Shown here: positions 1 to 47,227 of the stretch, in pieces | Numbering within the stretch: the stretch's first letter is position 1 | How the letters are laid out: each line of letters opens with the position of its first letter | Source of the DNA: Octopus bimaculoides | Taxonomy: Eukaryota | Reading direction: 5' to 3' | Assembly: GCF_001194135.2 (NCBI RefSeq) | Contig: NC_068998.1 | Location: forward strand, 13,993,371 to 14,054,257 | Length of the DNA: 60,887 bases | Program-made: the position numbers and the translations under genes | Notes under the pieces: generated by a model | What the model was told of the DNA's origin: nothing | Seen by the model: only the letters and a program-made list of their open reading frames with translations | Database searches by the model: none

Positions 1-1277
1 TATCTTTTACATGCCAGCAATGACCTTCTCAGGCTCTACAATATTTGGAATTATGAAGAGAAACAATTGAGGCCGGGCAGTGGGATTGAAAAAAACAATC
101 ATACATTAAAAAAGAAGGTTTTATTGCATAAATGTGTTTATGGTGAGAAAAATATTGAAAAACATCAATACGTGAGTGAGAAAGAAACGAGGAGAGTTGT
201 CATGGGATGCGCTAGAAACAACAGCCAAATCTCCCTTAAATCACACACTTTTTCTTCTGAGAATATTTACAATTCTTTTTTCTTGTTTTACTGAAAAGGA
301 TCCTATCATAGTTTTACGTGCAAAAGAATTGGCTAAAATTGGTCCGGAGTGTGATGCTGAGGTGGGGGTAGTAAAACAGAATAAATTTTGAACAGGTAAC
401 TTCATAAAAAGATACCCCTCCCCTGTTAAATTCACGAAAAATACTGTTTACACATACATTGGCGTTGTTATACTACATGCTATCCGGAGTGTCCCTTAAG
501 ATTGCCATCAACCCACCCCTTACCTCCCAATCTTCTTTGCAGGCTTATACAGTAGATCCGTAAGTACTATACTCGTAAAAGTGCCGTCTGAAGCGGATCG
601 CTACATTGCCTCCTCCCCAAATAAGCTACAGGCAATGATTGTAGAAGTCTTCCGTCAGTGGTTTGCTTTATAAAACATTGTATGTAGTTGTAAAATTTTT
701 ATACTTCAATAATGTTTTACTTCTTTTACATGATTGTTTCTTGAATGTATGTCGTCTATATTTCAACGAAACAGGATATTACTTATTCCGGACATCAAAC
801 AACCGGCCGTACATACACTGGTATATATACAGATATCATATACGTGCGTGTTTGTGTGTGTGTGTATACTCTATTTGATTGCCCCCACTACCGTGTGACA
901 ACCGGCGCTAATTAGTTTTTATCTTTGTAAAAAATAGAAACCATTGTGTGTAATTTGAGGAAGATTTCGCTGTTATATCTAGCATGCCTAACGATCATGT
1001 AAGATGCTCTTTTGTTGGCTCGTTTTGTAGTAGTAAATGTATTACAGTATCTTTATTGGTAAACTTACAAATAAAACTGGAGTTGTCTCCCTTGTTCATT
1101 TGCCTTTACTGTTGAATTAAACAAGGCGATAATGTTTAAATTTCATAATATTTGAACGAATTAAAGCATTAAATTACTAAATCACTTAATTAGAAATAAT
1201 GAATTGTATTAGATGAGTTATAATATATATGATGAAATTTATTGAAAAATTAATAGTAGAATGTAATATTAAAGGCA

Positions 1278-1304
1278 ATATCAGTGAAGTTACAATGCAA
1301 ATAT
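1278..1304 (+). promoter_or_regulatory. Candidate PSE of U1 copy 1 (-61..-35)
   Basis: ATATCAGTGAAGTTACAATGCAAATAT is identical upstream of all five U1 genes at near-fixed spacing; the position is typical of snRNA PSEs. Confidence 0.75.
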
Positions 1305-1338
1305 TGTAATATATGGGTTTAGTGAAAGCGAAAAAAAC

Positions 1339-1501
1339 ATACTTACCTGGCACAGGAGTAAACCATGATCCTCAAGGTGGTTCTCCCAAAGTGAGGTCCT
1401 TCCATTGCACTCCGGTTGGGTTGACCTTTGCGATCGCCCCAAATGTGGGCGACTCGGGTGCGCTATTTCTAAGTGTGGGGTCTGCGTTCGCGCTCACCCC
1501 G
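1339..1501 (+). ncRNA. RNU1: U1 spliceosomal snRNA, copy 1
   Basis: ATACTTACCTGG 5' end; helix H GCAC/GTGC; SL1 AACCAT/GTGGTT; SL2 loop ATTGCACTCC; SL3 TCGCCC/GGGCGA; SL4 with TTCG loop; 163 nt. Confidence 0.97.
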
Positions 1502-1521
1502 TCATATAAATCAAGAATAGA
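1502..1521 (+). terminator. Candidate snRNA 3' box of U1 copy 1
   Basis: TCATATAAATCAAGAATAGA; near-identical 20-mers follow all five genes and end in an AARnnAGA-like motif, as the vertebrate 3' box does. Confidence 0.6.
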
Positions 1522-2843
1522 AATAACCACGAAGATTTTCTTTTTTTTTATGCATTTGCACTCTTAAGGAGGACTCGTTTTCCCAGGCGCCTTCTCTCTC
1601 AGCCCCTTCCTATATTAGAACCACTGTGTTAATTGTACAGAACATTATCAATGATGTTTTGAACTGAGTATGCATAATTGCTTGTTGTGTGAATGATGTC
1701 GTGTTTTCACGTCTGTTACACTGTCTGGTTTCTATAAACAATGGCTTCGCTATCCATCTCGTTAGTAATATTTCGGTATATTACCCAAAATTTTGCCAGC
1801 TAAATTACTCATAACATTGGTAGGTTTTGGCCGGTTTAGCCCCAGAAACAAAATATTTATTCATTAGTTTTCACGTATGTGTGGGTATGTGGTTGGAAGT
1901 TTGCTTTCCACATGGTTCCGAGTTCAGTTCCACTGCATGCACCTAGGGCTTCCAATGTAGCCCCGGGCAACCAAACGTTATCAAGATGAGTAGACTTAGT
2001 CGATAGAAACTGTGTTTGTCCACTGACAACCGGTGGTGTTTTCTTTACATAACTGCTAATTGGAAGTTTTGGGAAAACAGACATAAAAATGATAGTTACT
2101 GGGGTTGATTTATTCGATTAAAATCTTCAAGGCAGTGCCCCAGCATGGCTGCAGTCCAATGACTGAAACAAGGAAAAGAAAAGATTTTTGTTTTCGGCAA
2201 TGTCGTTCATAAACTGGTGATTGTCGAATACTCACACACAAACACACGTTCAGCCGCTGAAACGGTAATTTAAAGAAGCCCTTCATATATATACATACAC
2301 ACACATAGAATAACGACATATTTGTACCCCAGCCCCCACTGACTTTGTTGCCTCATAACTACCAGATAGATACATTCTTACGAAATTTTCAACAAATACC
2401 GCTTACATTCAGAGTATATAGGGATTTGCTGCAATGAATTTTCCCAAAGGGTTGAGGGGAGGAGTTTCAGAAAATTCACACGATCCGAATTTTTTCCCTT
2501 TATATCTTTCGGGAAAATGGGCATCTTCTATTGAAAGTTTATACAAATACCTTTCAAACAACATAGATTACGATTATAAAGAAATTCGTAGGGAACATTT
2601 TTTGCAATGGGCTGGGGAAAGGGGTTTCGTAAAAACGAAGTTTCGGATCAGGAAGACCACTTAAGTTGGAATTTCTCCATTTGACAGGGATTTTTCCACT
2701 ATTTTTCTTCAGTCTTCGAAATGATAGTGGGCATCTCTATGAAAAGCATTTTGAAAATTTATGATTTCTTTCACTCCTCAACATCCCAATCCTGACCGAT
2801 TTGGGCCATATTTTTCCACTTAAAAACTATTATATACATACAT

Positions 2844-2877
<34 letters not shown>

Positions 2878-2964
2878 TACAGTTCTATATTTGAGAGATG
2901 AGGAATTATTTACGTTTGACAGATATTTGTCCTCATCTTGTTTGTTGTTAAAACGTTTCTGCGC

Positions 2965-3190
2965 CGAGCTGGCAGAAGCGTTAGAGCACCGGGCGAAAGG
3001 CTTAGCGGTATTTCGTCTGCTGTTACGTTCTGAGTTCAAATTCCGCCGAGGTCGACTTTGCCTTTCATCCTTTCGGGGTCGATAAATTAAGTACCAGCTG
3101 CGTACTGGGGGAGGGGGTCGATGTAATCGACTTAATCCATTTGTCTGTCTTTGTTTGTCCCCTCTATGTTTAGCCCCTCGTGGGCAATAA
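2965..3190 (+). mobile_element. SINE family B (central GCCTTTCATCCTTTCGGGGTCGATAAA domain, Meta/MESC-like)
   Basis: Head GAGCTGGCAGAA..TTAG..GAGTTCAAATTCCGCC. Other copies approximately: 4052-4225+, 7612-7810+, 27075-27280-, 39368-39590+, 40985-41190-, 48914-49090+. Confidence 0.75.
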
Positions 3191-3741
3191 AGAAATAAAA
3201 AACGTTTCTGCTGATATAATCTCCAGCCCTCTTCAGGTGTCCTGGAGAAATTTCAAACCCAAGTTCTCATTCCTAAGGTATTTTTCGATGTTATTATTAT
3301 TTGTATTCTTATTATCATTCAGGTCACTGCCTGGAATCTTGGGGTTAGTAATCACTGTGCCATATGCCCGTAGGCAATAATGGAGTGAATTTTAGGGCTT
3401 TATTTATATCTAATATTTTCCTATCCTTCCTTAATACTGGTTCCCATATGCTACTCATATCTGCACTGGGTCTGCTTAGGAGGTTATTATGTACTAGCAT
3501 ATGTGCTACTTCTTTTAGTTTTCGCATTTTCTAGTGGTGTTCTGTGTCTATTATTTTAACTTCATCCCACAGGGGAAGGTGGTCTCCTTTTTTCCATACA
3601 TGATCAGCTATATCCGATTGATCAATATCTCCTCATGTCACAGCTTTGCCATGTTCGTCTACCCTTATTTTGAGTGGGTGGCATGTTTTGCCTTTGTATA
3701 AACTACCGCAGCTGTAGTAGTAAATGATGTTTTGAATAGCC

Positions 3742-3822
3742 GGCAAAGGAGGGGCACTGGTCCACTTAGACCAAAGTAAAGCATTCAATATGGTAGACCA
3801 CCAGTACCTGGGGGCTGTAAAT
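3742..3822 (+). mobile_element. L1/Tx1-like LINE reverse transcriptase fragment
   Basis: Translates GKGGALVHLDQSKAFNMVDHQYLGAV, matching the LDQxKAFDRVDHxYL RT motif. Confidence 0.65.
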
Positions 3823-5048
3823 TTCTTGAATTTGAAGAATTATGCAACACATGAGTTTATTAAAGTTTGTTTTCCATCAATAGCTAGTGTGATGCAGTGG
3901 AATGTAACATGAATTTCAAGATGTTATATAGCTAAAGAATATCTCTTCCCTTTGACAGTAAATGTTTGCCCTTAGAAAGATGTGCAACATTAAGAAGCTA
4001 AGAAACAAATGAACATTATCAAAACACCTATTAATTAAACAGCGATATGTAAGGTGGTGAGCAGGCAGAATCGTTAGCACACCAGGCAAAATGCTTAGCG
4101 ACATTTCGTCTGTTTTTATGTTTTAAGTTCAAATTCTGCCAAGGTCAACTTTGTCTTTCATTCTTTCAACATTGATAAAATAAGTACCAGTTGAACACTG
4201 GGGTCGATGTAATTGACTTCATCATCATCCTTTAATGTCCGTTTTCCAGGTTCCAGTTGGCTTGGTTTCTATGGCTGGATATCCTTTCTAATGCCAACCA
4301 CTTTACAGTGTGTGTGCTGGGTGCTTTTACCATGACACTGGCATAAGTGCTTTTAATGTGGCACCAGAGCAGCACTCTTGCAGGCAAAGCCTCTTCATCA
4401 GGAAGAGTGGTATTAACATTTCTGCTGTGGAAGACAGCCCTTTCTCCAAAACTGCTGATGTGCCAAAATTTAAAATGAATTAAATAGTGATACAACTGTT
4501 TCAAATTTCAAGCTATGTCTCCTGGCACTTATTTGGTCAGGCCAGCAAAATTTTTATGGTCAGTGGCAACAGAAAAGTAATAGTGATAGGATTTGAACTT
4601 TAACTATCAATCTAGTAAGGAGATACCTTAACCACTCGACTAACTGTAACACAGTTGACAATGCATTAAAATATTTATAAAAGTCTAAAAAAATACTTGG
4701 AAATCAGAACAGAGAAAAGATCAACCATTGACTAAAACATTACACATGAAAAATATTTTTATTTCTTCCTTTTACAAAACTGAATAAATACATACATAAA
4801 TACATTAAAAAAAAATTTTAAAAAATCTCAGCAACTGATATGTTAAGTCAACAAATACTGAACACAAAAATTCAAATAATTGTTACAGTAAAGCAGATTC
4901 TTCATAAGGCATTTGTGTGTGTCTGTGTGTATGTCTGTTATGTGTGTTTGCGTGTGTGTAATGTATGTATGTATATACATACATATATGTGTGTAAATAT
5001 ATATAAAAAGTTTGTGCATGTGTGTGTTACTCAAAAGCTTTATTTAAC

Positions 5049-40690
<35,642 letters not shown>

Positions 40691-43041
40691 TTACTTTGAA
40701 ATGGAAATAAAACAAAAAAGAAAGAAAGGAAAGGTTAGTAAAATTTAAACAACTAAATAGCTTAAGTGAAACATAATTGTGTCTTAACAATTGCTCAGTT
40801 GCTACAAGTATTAACTGTACCTCCTAACCTAGCAATTCTATAGCATCTCATCTCGATAACAATCATAATCAGATGGTCTACTAGATAGGGGGGGGATAAA
40901 CCTTTCTCAAATTACACTTTGTCATCTATAAAGAGCACAGGATAATGTAGTCCTAGTCGTTAAACATAAAAATAATAATCCATTCTACTATAGGCACAAG
41001 GCCTGAAATTTTTTTGGTGGGGGTGGGGGGGATAAGTACACAAAAGGTACTTACTTTATCAACCCCGAATGGATGAAAAACAAAAAACGAACTCAGTAGA
41101 ATTTGAACTCAGAACGTAACGACAGATAAAATGCCACTAAACATTTATTTTGTCCAGCATGCTAATGATTCTACCAGCTTGCCACCTTAGACCTGAAAAT
41201 AATAATACAGATATGAATGTCAAAGCTACCTACCTGGGACTAACCATTAATGCATATGATGTACCAAACTCCTCTCTTACTAAACACCTTATTCAACTTC
41301 GATCAACAAGGCTGTTATTCTTTTCAATCTCTTTCACCTCCCATGTTCCCACGCCCACCTCAATCTACTAACCAGCAACAATTTAAAACAAACTCATAAC
41401 TTGATTAGATGAGACAACTGATGTTTTGTATGTTTCCATCAAAATTCTTTATCACTCGAAGGAAGGCTTATCGGAAATTTAATGCATATTGTAGTCAGGA
41501 GTGTCACAAGTAAATCCAACAACCCAGTCTTCGATGACACCATAATGTTAATAATAACTTTCCGCATAGCATAAAGAGTTCTCTTAACTGTAAATCAGAA
41601 CGAACAGTTGACATTCATGAGGACAAATGCCTTGTTAACATTAAGAGATTAGCCATGACAGAGAGGGAAGCCAATAATATGTCATTACGAAACGTAAACA
41701 AAAATTTTAGTTGAAAAGCCCTGGCGTAACGACGGGTTGGTGTCCCACCCGACTTGTTTTACATATAGCTGTCAGAAAAATGCATATTTTTTAATGAAAT
41801 TTTGCAGAGATACATTTTCGGAAATGTAGATTGCGATTATGAATATATATAACGGATCTTTCTGATTTGGCGGGCGCCACTTTTTATCTATGTTTTATTT
41901 AGTGTGTTTTCTACCGAAACACTTTCAAACTTCGTATACTTGTATATTTTATGTTATAGAAGAGATAAAAAAATTTCTATTCGAAATTACAATTATGTTA
42001 ATAAAATTTAAGAAAGAAAACATGGGGAGAAGAGTTTGGGATTGTTGCTCTTCCTTTCTGCCGCAACTTTGTCACCACAAATTCCCATAACTTTAGCATT
42101 TTAAACTTTTGGGGGAAAGGGAGAGTTTAAATTCATATGTTTGGAACATCAGCATAACGCTATCTATATTCTTTAAACGTATCTCTGCAAAATTTCATTT
42201 AAAAACATAAATGTTAAAGTGAGTGATGCCGAAAGAAACTTGGGAGGGATGGAGAATGATTCAAGTTTTTTTTTCTTTTTACTATATTATCAACATAATC
42301 GTAATCTACACTCTCGAAAACGTGTCTACGCAAAATCTTATTCCAAAATATGAAACTTTCAGAACGTTGTGCCAAGAGAAATTTACGTGGAGCACCAATC
42401 TGTAGTTACGCCTTTAAAGATTTGTTAAAAAACAGAAAAAGAATGGAGTTATTTCCCTTGCAGTGGGTTATTTCTTCAACTTGTTGCAAAGTTATTTCAT
42501 TCATACTAACGGTGTATGAAACTATCTTTCAGGGGAGAGAGTTGATACTAATACAGATTTTACCGCAGTATATTAGATATTCATTCTGTTGACACCAGAG
42601 AAATGAAAGGAAGAAGTCGACTTCAACAAGAACGTTAAGATACCTACACCCAAGTGATGGGACATGATGTATTTGACTTTTATTTAAAATAACAAGAAAA
42701 TACTTATACAGAACCTAATTTAAGAGATGAGGAATATTAGGCGCTCTGTAGTGTGATCGGTAATGCAGTCACCCAGTAAGTAATATCGACATACGATTTT
42801 GTTTCCTCATAGCTTTCAGATAAATGGATGTTTTTAACGAAATTTTCCAAATACCTTTCAAATGGTGTAGATTCTCTTTTACTCTTTTACTTGTTTCAGT
42901 CATTTGACTGTGGCCATGCTGGAGCACCGCCTTTAGTCGAACAAATCGACCCCAGGACTTATTCTTTGTAAGCCTAGCACTTATTCTATCGGTCTCTTTT
43001 GCCGAACAGCTAAGTTACGGGGAACAAACACAGACACACAG

Positions 43042-43072
<31 letters not shown>

Positions 43073-43199
43073 TACGACGGGCTTCTTTCAGTTTCCGTCT
43101 ACCAAATCCACTCACAAGGCTTTGGTCAGCCCGAGGCTATAGTAGAAGACACTTGCCCATTCTGATTATATTTGTTGTGAAAATATTTTTTTTCTGAGT

Positions 43200-44170
43200 A
43201 GAGAAGTTTCGGATAAGTCGGTTTTGTTTCCTCATAACTTTCAGAAAAATAGGCATTTTTTAAATGAAATTTTAAACAAATACCTTTCAGGTAGTGCTGA
43301 TTCAAATTATATTAGAATTTAATGCGCAAAAAAAAAAAAGAAAAAAAAATACTGACAAGTTTTTTTTGTCNNNNNNNNNNNNNNNNNNNNNNNNNNNNNN
43401 NNNNNNNNNNNNNNNNNNNNNNNNNNNNNNNNNNNNNNNNNNNNNNNNNNNNNNNNNNNNNNNNNNNNNNNNNNNNNNNNNNNNNNNNNNNNNNNNNNNN
43501 NNNNNNNNNNNNNNNNNNNNNNNNNNNNNNNNNNNNNNNNNNNNNNNNNNNNNNNNNNNNNNNNNNNNNNNNNNNNNNNNNNNNNNNNNNNNNNNNNNNN
43601 NNNNNNNNNNNNNNNNNNNNNNNNACTCCTTTCTTCTCACTCCTCCGAAAACATTTTCACAAATTCCGATATAATCAGAATCTGGTAATTGTTCAGTTTG
43701 ATTAAAAAAGTAAATAAAAAATTAAGGGGGAGATAAGTCAACTTTTTACACAAACACAACGAAATATGACGTCTCTCAAAAACCGAACGGTAACGAACAG
43801 ATTTGCTCCTTTTACAACGCTTGCAGTGCCATAATTTTCCATCGGTAACGTCACCACGTGTAGTAAGGCCACATGGTGAATTACAATGTTCACAGGTGTA
43901 CACATTCATAGTTAGTCGATGCCGTGCCAACCACTGAAAAATGTTGTCTCCAGTTTTTCCTAGTCCACAGTTCCTCTAAGATTGATTCGTCCCTTTGCTT
44001 CGTTTACTACTTATCTCCCGCCTCCCGCCTTGATTTTTATTTACTTTTTTAATTTCACCAAACTGAACAATTACCTCAGAATCTATACCACCTGAAAGGT
44101 GTTTGTAGAAAATTTCATTACAAAATTTCCATTTTCTGTAAGTTATGAGGAAACAAAGTCGGTGGTGGTG
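43200..44170 (-). mobile_element. Merlin (IS1595-like) DNA transposon deletion derivative with long inverted arms
   Basis: QWLARHRL..YTCEHCNSPCGL...DGKLWHCKRCKRSKSVRYRSVFERRHISL (zinc-ribbon N-terminus). Inverted arms: 43217-43295 vs 44085-44162, and 43688-43738 vs 44011-44072. Confidence 0.6.
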
Positions 44171-44330
44171 GTGGGGGGTACACTTGCAGCTATCAAAAAA
44201 GTGAGAGTAAAAGGTATGTTCAAGTATCTCAGCTACATTTCAAATGCCCACTGTTAATGCTTTTCTTGCTAAGCCATGATTGAGCAAATCAATTATCAAA
44301 AGTGTTGAAGCTGTCATGTGATCATGTTTC

Positions 44331-44501
44331 GGTAAATTTTCAGATTAACACCCGCACGATTTTCACTAGGGGGTTAGGGTTACGGTTACAATTAGGGGGT
44401 TAGGGAATTCCGTCCCTAACTCTAACCCCCTAACCGTAACCGTAACCCTAAACCCTAACACCTTAGTGAAAATCGTGCGGGTGTTAATCTGAAAATTTAC
44501 C
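44331..44501. mobile_element. 171-bp MITE with perfect 38-bp TIRs and internal telomere-like repeats
   Basis: TIR GGTAAATTTTCAGATTAACACCCGCACGATTTTCACTA; TSD CATGTTTC/CATGTTTT; inner TTAGGG-like and CCCTAA-like tracts. Confidence 0.85.
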
Positions 44502-46034
44502 CATGTTTTTTCCTTAAAGTATGTTTCAGGTTACATTAGCCTGTGTCCTTCCTTTTTAAAGTTTCGTGTGTGATTTGAGGTATACTTGACTGTTACTTCC
44601 AGCAGATCGAGCAGCAACGTAAAGATCCCGTTAATAATTTGGAATTAGAAAGATGTTTCAATACAATTGAAATGCAGACACCGATAGAAGAACAAAAATA
44701 TTTAATAGAACATTCAATTTCGCAATTCTAAGGAATACGCTTTANNNNNNNNNNGAGGAAAAGGTATTTGCACTCACACATACATAAATTCAAGTATTTA
44801 AATTTCATAAGGTGCTCCAGCATGGCCACAGTCAAAAGACTGAAACAAGTAAAAGAGTAAAAGAGTAATTTCAGATACGGAGTAGGTTAAATTGCTATAT
44901 CATAACTGACGTTCGAAAATATTTTATCGAAATGGTTAAGTTACCTCCCACCTCACCCCCATTCACTAACGGAATATTGTTGCTGAAATATATAAAAAAA
45001 AAATTTCACAAATGTTATGTACTTAAACAATAGACAACGAGTAAGAAAGAATACATCAATAGGGCGTGTAATAAATACAGACAATAAGTGCTAAGACCGG
45101 ACCAGATACGTTAAATCCAAAGTCAAAGTGGAGAACGGAATCCCAGCAAACGAGATCGCAAATTTAAAGAATATGAATATGAAAAATTCAAATAAAGGAA
45201 AAATTAAGGAATAAACTTTGCATATCATGTCTTACAAAGGAGGTCATGCCATTAACTACCGTCTATGCACTTTTTATTTTATTGATTTAAAAAATTCCTC
45301 AGAAATGGTTTCAACAGTTTTAACAGAAAGATTTGGAAGAATTCGGTGAAAGTTCTCCGGTAATTTTCTTTCATGTAAATAAATGTTTGTTAATTTAAGA
45401 ATTTGCCAGCAGAATCTTATAAAATAACAATGTTCTCAAAGATGAACATGTTTATATGTTATATATGAAAATAAAATACTTTTGAGGCTGTTTTACAAGA
45501 CAACGTAACTTTGATGATCTCACTGAGATTATCAAAGCCTAATTTATTTACAATCAGGAAATTATTTATTATTTTAGCTTTCTTTAATAATCTACCGTCA
45601 CTTAATGCTGACTTGACTTTAAAAAAAAAAAGTCTGGACTTAATCCCAAAACTTAGTAATAGCAAAATAGTAGCTGAGAGAGAAAGTATCTGATTACTGT
45701 CTGTCTTCAATTGATTCAGTATACTGCATGCTGCAAGCATTGTTTGCACACGTGTGCGTGTGTATGTTGGCGCGTATATTTATTAGTATGTGTGAGCGTT
45801 GATGTGTGTTCTCATGCTGCTGTATATGTGTATTACAGAATATTTTGATTCAGTTTACAAAATTGGACTCTTGGTACCTCGCATTCAGGGAATAAATACT
45901 CTAAAAAAATATTTGTCTGGTTGATATATTTTACAGAACGCTCGTTTAAAACAACCATCTAATGGGTTCCTAGACAGGAGGAGTGTCTGTGAAAGAATTG
46001 AATTTTTACTGCTCGTTTTAATTGTTATCTAGAG

Positions 46035-46298
46035 CAGGGGTTTTCAAACTTTTTGACTTGCGGACCTCTCTATATTTCAGGCTTTACCTTAGGGACCCCT
46101 TATAAACGCTTATGAAATTTATACATAAATATTTGCTTAAAATAGCATATATTTTTATATTTATTTATTTAACAAATAGGTTTACTGTCAATTAAAAGAT
46201 TTCGATTAAAAAACATATATAAAATCAAATTGCCCATAAAAAGTATTTGCTGTCCACGGACCCCCTGTGGTCCGCGGACCACAGTTTGAAAACCCCTG
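46035..46298. mobile_element. hAT (Charlie-like) MITE
   Basis: 16-bp TIR CAGGGGTTTTCAAACT; perfect 8-bp TSD ATCTAGAG. Confidence 0.9.
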
Positions 46299-46835
46299 AT
46301 CTAGAGTTTATTTGGTAATAGGATGTCAGTCTACTAATTTTTTTTTCTTTCTCATCATTAAGGCAGCAAGCTGGCGGAATTGTTGGCACATGAGACGAGA
46401 CGTTTATCATTACCAATATTGCGTTGAATCAATAGCAAAAACTTGAATATCCAACATCCAGACCTAAATAGATGTGAATAGGTACCAACAACGATATAGG
46501 AACCACTGCTACAGAAAACTTGCATGATGTAAAATTGATATTTATTTTGTTTGGAATGCTCAACTCAAATCCATCTATTGGAAGAAAAAAAAAAAAATAC
46601 CCAGCAGGATGCCGTGCTATTGGCGAGAGAATTGTATATATTAAACTGTGTAACACCTTCAAAACTGAGAATGGGTTCTCAGTGTTGGGAGGCAGGTTAA
46701 AAATAAAAGTAATTTGAAGTAAATACTCATCATATCAAACTAATCATAATCTTAATTTTCAAATGAACTGAAGTGATTTAAATCCAATTCGATTGCAACC
46801 AATAACATTTCAGCTCCAAATGTAGTTGGTTATAT

Positions 46836-47227
46836 TACTCTTTTACTTGTTTCAGTCATTTGACTGTGGCCATGCTGGAGCACCGCCTTTAGTCCAGGAA
46901 ATCAACCCCAGGACTTATTCTTTGGAAGCCTAGTACTTATTCTATCGGTCTCTTATTGCCGAACCGCTAAGTTACGGGGACGTAAACAGACCAGCATCGG
47001 TTGTCAAGCGATGTTGGGGGGACAAACACAGACACACAAACATATACACATACATACATATATACGACGGGCTTCTTTCAGTTTCCGTCTACCAAATCCA
47101 CTCACAAGGCTTTGGTCGACCCGAGGCTATAGTAGAAGACACTTGCCCAAAATGCCACGCAGTGGGAATGAACCCGGAACCATGTGGTTGGTAAGCAAGC
47201 TACTTACCACACAGCCACTCCTGCGCC
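46836..47227 (-). mobile_element. SINE family A, full length
   Basis: Reverse complement of 47483-47866; the two form a head-to-head pair about 255 bp apart. Confidence 0.85.

Noticed and set aside
1313-1567. Repeated ORF 'MGLVKAKKTYLPGTGVNHDPQGG...' seen five times in the ORF track
   Set aside because: It is the incidental translation of the U1 snRNA genes; substitutions follow RNA pairing, and the ORF ends differ in every copy.
5039-5044. AATAAA 4 nt after the ULK4 stop
   Set aside because: Another AATAAA occurs near 4760 and there is no transcript evidence, so the poly(A) site cannot be assigned.
44368-44463. Possible telomere or chromosome fusion site
   Set aside because: Repeats are short, degenerate and enclosed by TIRs and a TSD, so this is a MITE.
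45240-45750. AT-rich ORFs on both strands upstream of ULK4
   Set aside because: No recognisable domain or consistent splice structure.
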